From IMG/VR virus record IMGVR_UViG_3300031669_000019: a DNA stretch of 64,000 bases; one strand, given 5' to 3'. This DNA comes from an uncultured virus (IMG/VR IMGVR_UViG_3300031669_000019). Its lineage: Duplodnaviria; Heunggongvirae; Uroviricota; Caudoviricetes. Positions 38,102-46,736 of the stretch are shown here, piece after piece. Made by a program: the position numbers and the translations under genes. The notes beneath the pieces were generated by a model. The model saw nothing but the letters and a program-made list of their open reading frames with translations, ran no database searches and was not told the DNA's origin. The stretch's first letter is position 1. The number at the start of each line of letters is the position of its first letter.

Positions 38102-39600
38102 TATACATTTTCCTCCGGGTTAGGCTCTTCATCCATATTACTATAATCAATATTTTCTATATCGGGCATTAATGCTCCGGCTTCTTTTTTCTGCCTAGCC
38201 AATTCTGCCTGCACGTCCGGTATAATATCATCCGGCATACCATCGGCAATAACGTAAGAACTAAATCCGGCGTTCTTCATTACTAAAGCCGTATCAGCGA
38301 ATTCTTTTGTATTCATCGGCTTGTTTCGTTTATGCTCAATAGTAAAATCATCATTAGTTCCAACTTCAATTCCTTTTATTTTATAAATTATATTGATTAA
38401 TCTGATTCGCTCTAATAAACCTAAATCAAAATCTGCTTCGGCGCTGGATACCATATTTTCAAAATCAAATAATAATCGATCTATGGCTGCGCCGGTCAAG
38501 GCCCCGGTCATCATATTAAAATCTGGTATATGGCTTTGCACATGGATCTGGTCATGTATTTGTTTAGCCATAAAATCTATGAATGCTGTAGGAATATCCT
38601 TGGTCAAGAATTTAATATCAGCATCAGCCGGGACGTTCTCAAACATCCTTTTCTTTTTCAAGCTTTGTAGCGTAGTAGAAATTACTCCAGGCGTTTTTAC
38701 TTTCGTTGGATCGGTTAACCCATATTTTTTCATTATCAAATATGCAAAAGCGAATCGGTCAAATTCATTCATAGAATCGCTGAAGAGCGTATCGTTGGCA
38801 TCTATTAAACCTAATACGGGTTTTATTATTCCTAGCATATCATCGCCGAAATAGAATGGTACGATAGGAACATCTTCAAAAAAGTTTACTAACTCTTTTT
38901 TATCGCTTAATTCCCATTCATTATTTATTTCTGAGCGCTTCATATCAAACGTTACTATTCCGCCAACCTTTAATTTATAATAAACTTCTACCTTAAAATA
39001 ATTGCTGCTGACTTTGGTATAATGTATTCCAATCTTCTTTTTAGGTTCGGGCGAATAATCATAAATCAATATTATCTCTCTGGGATCGCAGCAAAAGAAT
39101 TTTACATCTGATTTAGTAGTCATGGTATCGGTATCTAATTCACCATCGGTATAAAGCAATTCGTATGCTACACCGAAGATGCCCATATTCCGGCCATCGC
39201 GTGAAGTCTTTATATGTTCATTATTTAGATTATAGGTTTCTTTTAATTGATTAACATATTTCTCTTCTTTTGATAAAGATAATTCTTTGGTTTCGTCGGA
39301 AGCATTCTCATTGACTTCCAACGATTGATCTTTTTCCACGTTCGCTTTTATCGTAGTAAAGCGAGGACGCCAAGCATACCCTACATAGGTATTTACTATT
39401 TTTCTACCATAAGGAATAGGGATACGATTATCTGGATTATTTGGATCGGTTACTTTTTTGGTTAAAATTTTTACATTGTTTCCAATGTAATAGTCCCATA
39501 ATTTATCCAACGTAGGCACTTCATTTATTTCATAGTCGGCTATGTATTTTATGATTTCTTTATCTGATAATGTTTCGTTGGCAGTTTTTAATATTTTCAT
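38101..39600 (-). CDS. Portal protein (SPP1 gp6-like)
   Basis: L.DYY.G, PDNRI, FGVAYEL, LIDA.D...SD..N, KFLTK. Confidence 0.92.
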   Translation of the reverse strand: MKILKTANETLSDKEIIKYIADYEINEVPTLDKLWDYYIGNNVKILTKKVTDPNNPDNRIPIPYGRKIVNTYVGYAWRPRFTTIKANVEKDQSLEVNENASDETKELSLSKEEKYVNQLKETYNLNNEHIKTSRDGRNMGIFGVAYELLYTDGELDTDTMTTKSDVKFFCCDPREIILIYDYSPEPKKKIGIHYTKVSSNYFKVEVYYKLKVGGIVTFDMKRSEINNEWELSDKKELVNFFEDVPIVPFYFGDDMLGIIKPVLGLIDANDTLFSDSMNEFDRFAFAYLIMKKYGLTDPTKVKTPGVISTTLQSLKKKRMFENVPADADIKFLTKDIPTAFIDFMAKQIHDQIHVQSHIPDFNMMTGALTGAAIDRLLFDFENMVSSAEADFDLGLLERIRLINIIYKIKGIEVGTNDDFTIEHKRNKPMNTKEFADTALVMKNAGFSSYVIADGMPDDIIPDVQAELARQKKEAGALMPDIENIDYSNMDEEPNPEENV

Positions 39601-39601
39601 T

Positions 39602-39778
39602 TTATTTATCTTTCAATGAGGCTTTATAGCGTTTTAATCTATCATTCATTTCGGGACTATTTACATTTTTAGTTGGCTTATTTACAAATTTTTTAATTGA
39701 AGGATTATCTTGCCGTTTTACAGCCTGCTTTCGTAGTTTCCCTGATCCTTTTTTCCTACCTGATCCTGGTCCACCCAT
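39602..39778 (-). CDS. 58-aa basic protein, MGGPGSGRKK family, copy 1 (not in ORF track)
   Basis: ATG GGT GGA CCA GGA TCA GGT AGG AAA AAA; AAGGA RBS; ends 1 nt before the portal ATG. Confidence 0.75.
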   Translation of the reverse strand: MGGPGSGRKKGSGKLRKQAVKRQDNPSIKKFVNKPTKNVNSPEMNDRLKRYKASLKDK

Positions 39779-40082
39779 TATATTTTCCTTTTCCCTAATC
39801 GCTCTAAAGGCTCGTCAATTATTACTTTTTCCACTAATTCATATTCATGAATTCCATCCCAAATAAAGCCAGGGCAAGCAGGATCACAGTTGTCATCGAT
39901 ATGAAATCCGCAATCGATGGCATGGACTCGTTGGCAGGCTATGTTTGTTTTCATTGTTTCTCCTTTTTATGCTATATACATTATAACATAAAAAAGAAAA
40001 AAGAAAAAGTAGTTATAATGTTGTTATCATTTAGCAGATGGATTATTTTGAAATGCTAGCATGCTTTTTTCTAAGTATCTCG

Positions 40083-40291
40083 TCAGTTGTCGGTCTTGGC
40101 ATTCGCGGCCTCCAGCATTTGTTCAACTAGACAATATTGGAATTCTTGCATGTCGTTTGGATATCGTTTTATCAATGCCGCCGCCAATCCTGAATATGAC
40201 CATGACTCGTCATCCATAAGCGCGTTGAACTTTTCTTGCGCCGATGGCGGGAAGTTCAATTTAATATTCAATAGCTTTTTTCTCGTCTTCA
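40083..40291 (-). CDS. hypothetical protein (MKTRKKLL..., start approximate)
   Basis: 3' part of ORF 40083-40421; GAGGGG RBS. Confidence 0.4.
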
Positions 40292-40347
40292 TGCTTGGCC
40301 CCCTCTCTTTGCAGGTACGTTGTACATTTTGCGTATATATTCCAAGC

Positions 40348-40956
40348 TCATTCCCCTGCCTCCTTGCCCATGATGGCGGAGCGATATGCCCGTATATCAT
40401 CTCGTTGTTCATCGCTAGCACGTTCGTTCAGTTTTTCCAGCGACATAGCCGGGAAGCCCCACCACTCGCGTTCCCAGTTATCCGCGCACTCCCGCCTGAT
40501 CGCCTCGTCGTGGGCGGTTATGAGGGCGGCTGACTGATCCTCTGTTAACGTATAATTTTTCTTGCCTTGAGGTTGTCCGTTCCAATGGCACCCCACTTCA
40601 GTGTGTCTGTTCTTTGCCCGTATTCTCCTGACTAAATCAATAATCTGTAGATTATTTCTAGGAGCTTCCACAATGGGTCTTCGGTATACTTTGAACGATC
40701 CAGAATCATTTGGCGAGCAAGTTTCTATCATAATCAAATTGCCATCCACTGGTATGTACCGCAACCACGCTATATAGTCCTCGCTCGGCTCTTGCGGCTT
40801 CGCATCCGCTTCGATGGTGGAGAGGGCTTCAAGAAGCGTGTATATCTGGCAGATTGCTGAACGTGTAGACGTTTCAAACTTTCCGCGCAATTCAAGCGGC
40901 AGTTTCAGCGTGTACTTGATATCCTCCAGCGCCTTGCGTATCGTTTTAACGTCCAT
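40348..40956 (-). CDS. Mosaic protein; C-terminus shares IRREC and AIMGKE blocks with the MTNEERA family
   Basis: AHDEAIRRECAD...SAIMGKEAGE. Confidence 0.65.
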   Translation of the reverse strand: MDVKTIRKALEDIKYTLKLPLELRGKFETSTRSAICQIYTLLEALSTIEADAKPQEPSEDYIAWLRYIPVDGNLIMIETCSPNDSGSFKVYRRPIVEAPRNNLQIIDLVRRIRAKNRHTEVGCHWNGQPQGKKNYTLTEDQSAALITAHDEAIRRECADNWEREWWGFPAMSLEKLNERASDEQRDDIRAYRSAIMGKEAGE

Positions 40957-41236
40957 AGTCAGCTCCTTTCGTGCCCACGATGGCGGCTTCGATCATCCTA
41001 TCTTCGCAGTCCCATAGTGAGCCGTATTCGTGTTCCCATTCAGACCCGTATAAGCGCCGCTCTTTCATAGCACGAAGGCACGTCTTCAATACATCTCGGA
41101 ACAGGTTGCGTTGCTCCCGCCTGATCTCGTCGGCGTAGGCGAGGATTATTTTAATTCCTTCCTCGTTTGGCGTATCATGCCAGTAAAATGATAGTATGTT
41201 ATTAAACAGTTCCTCTGCCCGCTCTTCGTTTGTCAT
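40946..41236 (-). CDS. MTNEERA-family protein
   Basis: AGGAGG RBS; ILAYADEIRRE block. Confidence 0.7.
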   Translation of the reverse strand: MTNEERAEELFNNILSFYWHDTPNEEGIKIILAYADEIRREQRNLFRDVLKTCLRAMKERRLYGSEWEHEYGSLWDCEDRMIEAAIVGTKGADYGR

Positions 41237-41246
41237 AGTCCCTCCT

Positions 41247-41271
41247 TGTCAGGTTGAAGCAGTTGTTAGGC
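41247..41271 (-). mobile_element. Truncated attC (R''-L'' arm only) closing cassette 4
   Basis: GCCTAAC-AACT-GCTTCAACCTGACA running into AGGAGG; 57 bp identical to 42380-42436. Confidence 0.7.
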
Positions 41272-41484
41272 TTAAAATGCAAAGCCCTTCGCTTTTTCTC
41301 GGACTTCTTTTGCCACTGCCGGATTAACAACATCAAGCCGTAACACTGCTTTTTGCAACCCACTTTTGATTGCATCGTCGCCTTCCGCAGTGTCAATAAG
41401 ATCGATAATTTCTTGCGATTCTTCGTCATCACGCAGAGTGTCGAAGACCAACATACAAGCCTGTGAAATCCCTTCAAAGTTCAT
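41272..41484 (-). CDS. Cassette 4 ORF, hypothetical (MNFEGISQAC...)
   Basis: GGAGG RBS; stop abuts R''. Confidence 0.7.
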   Translation of the reverse strand: MNFEGISQACMLVFDTLRDDEESQEIIDLIDTAEGDDAIKSGLQKAVLRLDVVNPAVAKEVREKAKGFAF

Positions 41485-41544
41485 ATAGAACCTCCTTTGC
41501 AAATTATCCAGATAAGCGCATTTGGCTTATCTGGTTGTTTGTCA

Positions 41545-41602
41545 GCCTAACATTTGCTTAACTCGCGAGCTACCGCGAGCCGAGTTGAAGCAGTTGTTAG
41601 GA
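41545..41602 (-). mobile_element. Integron attC site (58 bp)
   Basis: TCCTAAC...GTTAGGC; imperfect hairpin with unpaired spacer and extrahelical G on the bottom strand. Confidence 0.85.
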
Positions 41603-41791
41603 ACTCTTTTCCGGGGAGCCTTCAAATAAATGTGAATCGAAAAATACAGTATCACAGTTTAGTTTCTCGCATCCTTCTGACGTACCATAGGTTATGTCGA
41701 AGTCACTCATTGTACTATGAGCAACAACCTGAACTGTTGCCTTTTGATTGTATTCTGCGAGTTTTTCGCTCAACTCTTTAACTGTAATCAT
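41597..41791 (-). CDS. Cassette 3 ORF, hypothetical (MITVKELSEKL...)
   Basis: AAGGAAG RBS; TAA stop lies inside R''. Confidence 0.7.
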   Translation of the reverse strand: MITVKELSEKLAEYNQKATVQVVAHSTMSDFDITYGTSEGCEKLNCDTVFFDSHLFEGSPEKSS

Positions 41792-41852
41792 CTTCCTTCC
41801 TTTCGCGGATTGTCCGCGTAGTCGCGTAGCGGGTACGCGGCTGTCCGTCGTC

Positions 41853-41932
41853 CTAACAATAATTATCCCCATCCGCATAACATCATAGAGATTTGGCTAT
41901 GATCAACTCTTGCTCAAGTGCTAATCCTTGCC
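41853..41932 (-). repeat. 80-bp attI-like element, copy B
   Basis: 79/80 identical to 43249-43328; ends at G|TTAG. Confidence 0.75.
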
Positions 41933-42139
41933 CATGATGGCGGCTTCCATATCATGCTTGGTTAAGCCCATGCCAAATGTTTGACTTGTCGCCTTTGATG
42001 CAACGTAGTTCCACGCCCTCTCCACGCACTCCCGCCGTATCTCGTCATCGTGGGCAAGGATGAGGTCGATCTGGTCGCTACCGGGATTGATTTCAGATAA
42101 GTCATTACCGAGCTTATTAGCCCGCTCTTCGTTTGTCAT
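41921..42139 (-). CDS. MTNEERA-family protein
   Basis: MTNEERANK...DEIRREC...AAIMGKD. Confidence 0.7.
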   Translation of the reverse strand: MTNEERANKLGNDLSEINPGSDQIDLILAHDDEIRRECVERAWNYVASKATSQTFGMGLTKHDMEAAIMGKD

Positions 42140-42402
42140 TCCCTCGCCTCCTTGCCCATGATGGCGGCACAAGCCTCTTCTACCGCGTCGCATACGCCAC
42201 GCATGTAAATACCAAACTCAGGCTGTCCATCGGGGCTATTTTTACCATCAACCTTTGCGCGTATTTCCTTCGCGCACTCCCGCCGTATCTCGTCGGCGTA
42301 GGCGAGGATGATCTTTACCGTATCGTCGCGCTGATGGTGGTGGTTATTCCACGACAGTATGATGTGATGGAGTAAATCATCTGCCCGCTCTTCGTTTGTC
42401 AT
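42136..42402 (-). CDS. MTNEERA-family protein
   Basis: MTNEERADD...ADEIRREC...AAIMGKEARE. Confidence 0.7.
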   Translation of the reverse strand: MTNEERADDLLHHIILSWNNHHHQRDDTVKIILAYADEIRRECAKEIRAKVDGKNSPDGQPEFGIYMRGVCDAVEEACAAIMGKEARE

Positions 42403-42412
42403 AGTCCCTCCT

Positions 42413-42437
42413 TGTCAGGTTGAAGCAGTTGTTAGGT
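42413..42437 (-). mobile_element. Truncated attC closing cassette 2
   Basis: ACCTAAC-AACT-GCTTCAACCTGACA. Confidence 0.7.
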
Positions 42438-42584
42438 GTCGTCATCTTCATAATCAAGGTGATCCATAGAAAAGTCTGTTTCAGATTTATAATCGAAAAA
42501 GACTTCATCTGCTGTCAAAACGCACCCGTTATCACTAAGAAAGGCGCGTCCATCTATAATAGCATCAATTACCTTGTCGTCCAT
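42432..42584 (-). CDS. Cassette 2 ORF, 50-aa very acidic peptide (MDDKVIDAII...DYEDDDT; not in ORF track)
   Basis: GGAGG RBS; TAA stop lies inside R''. Confidence 0.65.
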   Translation of the reverse strand: MDDKVIDAIIDGRAFLSDNGCVLTADEVFFDYKSETDFSMDHLDYEDDDT

Positions 42585-42650
42585 TTACATTTCCTCCAGC
42601 TTGGTTCGTGTCAGTCTAGTGCGCTTGCGCGGTATGCCGCTAAAACGTCC

Positions 42651-42710
42651 GCATAACATTTGGATAACTTGCAACGGTACTCCGTTGTCAAGTTGATCCA
42701 GTTGTTAGAC
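42651..42710 (-). mobile_element. Integron attC site (60 bp)
   Basis: Bottom strand GCATAAC ATTT GGAT AACTTG CAACGG TACT CCGTTG [T] CAAGTT [G] ATCC AGTT GTTAGAC, with two extrahelical bases. Confidence 0.9.
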
Positions 42711-43191
42711 GAACCAACTTCCCGATCAACCCAGACTTTTCCAAAGCTACTACATTCTCTTTCCCGTATGCGATCAAACATGACGGCGCTCCGGAATTTG
42801 CTACTGCCCGGCTTCCGTCAACATAATGAAAATATAAACGGCCTTTCAGAAAAAGGATGGCATCTGCCTTTTCCCAAACATGGATAAAAAACATCTCTGT
42901 TTCTGTCCTCGCGAAAAGCAATGCAATTCCGTTTCCATGCTGTACTAATTTCGACAACCATTCCGCCGATTCTTGACCATACGGCGGATTGCACCAAACA
43001 CGCCCGTGCCAAGGAAGCATCAAACCGTTATCAAGAATGGTGTAGTGCTTTTTAGCGGTTGGCCACGGGCGATTTATCGGACTGCAAGGATCGAGATCAA
43101 AATCACCGAGAGTTTTTATAAGATCCGGCGGAGTCAGCCATTCGTCATTTTTAATTTTTCCCGACTGATGGCTTCCCATTCCTGTTTTCAT
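42688..43191 (-). CDS. Cassette 1 ORF: phage Dam-like N6-adenine methyltransferase
   Basis: DEWLTPP, FDLDPCS, VWCNPPYG. Confidence 0.9.
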   Translation of the reverse strand: MKTGMGSHQSGKIKNDEWLTPPDLIKTLGDFDLDPCSPINRPWPTAKKHYTILDNGLMLPWHGRVWCNPPYGQESAEWLSKLVQHGNGIALLFARTETEMFFIHVWEKADAILFLKGRLYFHYVDGSRAVANSGAPSCLIAYGKENVVALEKSGLIGKLVRLTTGST

Positions 43192-43248
43192 TTATCCTCC
43201 CGCAATCAATCGGCATAACCAGCGAAGCGTTATGCCGTGATTGTCCGT

Positions 43249-43328
43249 CTAACAATAATTATCCCCATCCGCATAACATCATAGAGATTTGGCTATGATC
43301 AACTCTTGCTCAAGTTCTAATCCTTGCC
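43249..43328 (-). repeat. 80-bp attI-like element, copy A
   Basis: Matches 41853-41932. Confidence 0.75.
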
Positions 43329-43333
43329 GCGTT

Positions 43334-43489
43334 TCATTCTTTCTTCCCCTTTCCTTCTACAAATAAAAATAATTTATCAATACATTTATTACATAAATTA
43401 AATCGGGTATTAGTATCACCTGAATGTATTGTTTCTAAATGATACTCTTGAACGTCTCTTTTTTCCAATTTACACTTATCACATTTCAT
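43334..43489 (-). CDS. 51-aa CxxC...CxxC protein (not in ORF track)
   Basis: MKCDKC...LCNKC; flanked by an 18-bp direct repeat. Confidence 0.55.
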   Translation of the reverse strand: MKCDKCKLEKRDVQEYHLETIHSGDTNTRFNLCNKCIDKLFLFVEGKGKKE

Positions 43490-43652
43490 TCTTTCTTCCC
43501 CCTATAGTTTATTAGGGGGTCTAGACGATATTCTATGCTATCAAAGTCTTCAGTATCGATAGGCCCATCATAACCTATAATAGCCCAATATGTTTCATGG
43601 TATTTAGCTACCGTTATAGCCCCGTGATAATATACTACATAAAAACAACCAA

Positions 43653-43925
43653 TTACATATTCCATTCTTTATTCCTTATCTCGCATCCAAAGTCCTCACA
43701 CTCGTTACCACGGCATGCCGACTTATAGATATGGGAGCCTCCACATTCTGGGCATATCTTTTCTCCGTCTCCGTATCGCACAATTCCATCAGGTCCACAC
43801 CAGGGGCATTCTTTTATATCGTCTCTTTCATCTTTGGTTATCTTTAGCGTGGGTTTATAATTACAAGCATAATTAAAAAATAATGCTATAATAATTAATA
43901 CAATCCAAATAATAATAAATAGCAT
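43653..43925 (-). CDS. TM-anchored Cys-rich protein
   Basis: N-terminal TM; CPWC and CPEC. Confidence 0.6.
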   Translation of the reverse strand: MLFIIIWIVLIIIALFFNYACNYKPTLKITKDERDDIKECPWCGPDGIVRYGDGEKICPECGGSHIYKSACRGNECEDFGCEIRNKEWNM

Positions 43926-44059
43926 GATTCACTCCTTTATCGTATAGGGCTTTTTACGCGTGCTACCACCCGCGTCCACGCCGCCATAAAAACCTCCTTT
44001 CCTGGAGTTACACCTACAAGGAGCAGGTTCATATATATTATAGATTTTTATTTGTATTT

Positions 44060-45313
44060 TTATAGCCCTAAATCGCTTAAACTCCAATCAGGTTCATACC
44101 ATACAGAATTGCGGTTTGCCCATATGAATTCCGATCCATACCTAAGTGCCGCGATTCCATCATCATTCATTTCCACAAAAGCGTCTATGGCATTTCCGTC
44201 CTTATCTTCCTTGCGTTTGTATAATTGAATTTCCCTGGCAATAGCCGGGCAACGGGATCTGTGTATGTGTATCGTCAATCCTGATAAATATTCTATACCA
44301 TATAATAATGATCCTGGACCTTTTTTAGCCGGTTCTACATTATATCGATCATCCACCCATTCTTGTATTTTATCCGGGTTTGCCGAATCTGCCGTCATTG
44401 GCATCATCCTTAATTTATCTTCACCAAAATATTCTTTGGCATCGTCCTTGAATTGCGTATTGGTTCTGTGCTTTTCATGCAATTCATCAAACACATATAA
44501 TTCACCATCCTTGAATCCGGCCCGCTCTATTGCCTGTGCGTGCTCATAACCAAAATCCATGCCTTGAAATACCGATTCCAAATCATCTTCGGTATAATCA
44601 AAATCTTCTATTATATAATTACTGAACACGCCATTGCTGAATATGCCCCAATTGCCAAGCACATAAACGTCTTTATAATATGGATCAGTAATCATTTCCA
44701 TTCGGTGTACTATTTTTTTAGATAGAAAAACATTATCTAAATATGTAGAATGATGCGTCAATACTTCTGGATCGGTAAAATCGAAATATTTTAATTTAAG
44801 CCAATGCTGTGCTGATATAGGATTGAATGTTATGCCACCCTGGAAAAAACAATCATCTGGGCCACGCAATCTTAATTGTAATTGTAAAATATCATCGGGC
44901 GACATTTGATCGCCCTCTTCTGCCCAGAAAAAAGTGGGATTGGTGAAGGATTTCAATTTATTTACATCATCAAGTCCCACACCTAACAGATCATTTCCAT
45001 TAGCTTTGCACGTTATATTTGATTCTGTATTATTATATGAAAATAGATTTTCCAGTTTATAATTGAATAGCACTTCCCGACACGTATCATAGACAGAATG
45101 CTTTACATCCTTTTTTACTTTTCTGCACATCAATGCCCGGAAATACCTTTCTCTTATAGCGTGATAAATAATCTTTTGCGCGTAAGAATATGATTTGGAA
45201 CTATTAGCGCCACCAACTATGACTTGTAATGGAGTACGATCCTTGAAAAGGGGTTTGAATTTTGGATTTATATGTTGGGCAAATCCACGCAGATCGATTA
45301 GTGGTTCAGGCAT
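44060..45313 (-). CDS. terL: Terminase large subunit (PBSX family)
   Basis: GGANSSKS, WAEEG, TFNP, STYLDN.FL, GMDFG, ADSA.P. Confidence 0.93.
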   Translation of the reverse strand: MPEPLIDLRGFAQHINPKFKPLFKDRTPLQVIVGGANSSKSYSYAQKIIYHAIRERYFRALMCRKVKKDVKHSVYDTCREVLFNYKLENLFSYNNTESNITCKANGNDLLGVGLDDVNKLKSFTNPTFFWAEEGDQMSPDDILQLQLRLRGPDDCFFQGGITFNPISAQHWLKLKYFDFTDPEVLTHHSTYLDNVFLSKKIVHRMEMITDPYYKDVYVLGNWGIFSNGVFSNYIIEDFDYTEDDLESVFQGMDFGYEHAQAIERAGFKDGELYVFDELHEKHRTNTQFKDDAKEYFGEDKLRMMPMTADSANPDKIQEWVDDRYNVEPAKKGPGSLLYGIEYLSGLTIHIHRSRCPAIAREIQLYKRKEDKDGNAIDAFVEMNDDGIAALRYGSEFIWANRNSVWYEPDWSLSDLGL

Positions 45314-45320
45314 TTATTAT

Positions 45321-45632
45321 TTATTCATCCATAAATATTTCATCATCAATCATTTTATATAATTGATTTCCAATAGCGATTGAAATCAATCTTTCTATAT
45401 TAGCGCCTTTGCTGTTTTCCCAACCCGGTAAAAACAATGTACAATTGCACGAGCATAATAATGGTATATCAATTCGCATATAATCTTCTACTGAATCTTG
45501 TATAGGAACATCGGCAGGCGAGCGTACTATAAAGCCTTTAGCTTCTAATATTTCTTTTGCCTTATGAAACGCCGGATAATTAAAATCTGGTAAACCTGTC
45601 ATTGGCCCGGCGATATAAATACTGGTTTTCAT
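45321..45632 (-). CDS. DUF4406-like (nucleoside deoxyribosyltransferase-fold) protein
   Basis: IYIAGPMTGLPDFN...GWENSKGA.IE. Confidence 0.8.
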   Translation of the reverse strand: MKTSIYIAGPMTGLPDFNYPAFHKAKEILEAKGFIVRSPADVPIQDSVEDYMRIDIPLLCSCNCTLFLPGWENSKGANIERLISIAIGNQLYKMIDDEIFMDE

Positions 45633-46156
45633 TACTTTGTTTCCTTTTCTGGTTCTAGTTCCTCATCCGGTATGACTTTATAATTTAATGTTCCAGTATG
45701 TTCTACCGTTTGCTTTTCTGCCCAACCATCGGAGCGCTCGGCTAAAGGCTTTCTATTATTCAAAAAATATTTGATTGCAGCAACATTAGGTGGGAAATAT
45801 TCTTGTACCTTTACTTTTTCAACGTGGGCACCTAAATCTTTTCCATCCGAAACCACTAGAGCTTTCCCTACGTATTCATGAAAACCAGTAGCGATTTTCA
45901 ATAAACTTGTCTCAACTAAATTATTTTTTAATTCTTTTCTTCCATCTATAAATGCTTGTTTGAATGATTTATATTCTTTTTTCCATTTGATTCCTGTAGG
46001 TTCTGTTATGCCTAGAATATCGTAAACTTCCTTATATGTCTTCCCTTTGCTGATGAGTTTTTTTGCCACAATGTCATATCTGGGATTATACTTGGACTTT
46101 GGCCCTCGTTTGCCTAATGGTTTCTCCTTGTTTTTTGGAATTATCTTAGTTTTCAT
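45632..46156 (-). CDS. terS: Terminase small subunit
   Basis: G.KSKY, HTH ending WKK.Y..F, PP.VAAIKYFL.NR. Confidence 0.8.
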   Translation of the reverse strand: MKTKIIPKNKEKPLGKRGPKSKYNPRYDIVAKKLISKGKTYKEVYDILGITEPTGIKWKKEYKSFKQAFIDGRKELKNNLVETSLLKIATGFHEYVGKALVVSDGKDLGAHVEKVKVQEYFPPNVAAIKYFLNNRKPLAERSDGWAEKQTVEHTGTLNYKVIPDEELEPEKETK

Positions 46157-46305
46157 TTTTGCCTCTGTATCAATTATAACATAGTTTTTTATGAATGTAA
46201 AACGATTATAAAATCTTAATTAAAACAATTATAGTCAAAAATATTAACACAATATCCAGCAATATAGCCAATTTTGACATAATATCTACAAATTTATTGA
46301 CCATA

Positions 46306-46542
46306 TTATATTCCGAATCCCATATGATTTCTTGCATCGATCAAATATACTGGAATGCCATTTAGCCTCAAATAAAAATTCATGTTGCTATCCAAATGAA
46401 ATGTAAAAAATACCGACAATAATTTATATTCTTCCAGTCCTAAATAAATTGATCCCATATCCATGTTCAAAGCGGTTTCCAGTTCATATTGTTTCGTGAA
46501 TAATTTTTCCACCAATTCAATGGATACAGGATTCAGGGTCAT
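46306..46542 (-). CDS. hypothetical protein
   Basis: In operon. Confidence 0.5.
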   Translation of the reverse strand: MTLNPVSIELVEKLFTKQYELETALNMDMGSIYLGLEEYKLLSVFFTFHLDSNMNFYLRLNGIPVYLIDARNHMGFGI

Positions 46543-46736
46543 TTTACATACTTTATATTATTACAATTCAAATAATCCTTTTTTGCCAAACTCCGATTTG
46601 GATGATTATTGTTTATGATTTCATCTATAGTGATTTTATTTTTATTTGTGGTAGTTACTCCGGCTATGCGCAATTTTATTGCCGACCATAATGACAATTT
46701 TACTATTACATTAATATGTAGATTATCCATTTTCAT
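46539..46736 (-). CDS. hypothetical protein
   Basis: In operon. Confidence 0.5.
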   Translation of the reverse strand: MKMDNLHINVIVKLSLWSAIKLRIAGVTTTNKNKITIDEIINNNHPNRSLAKKDYLNCNNIKYVK

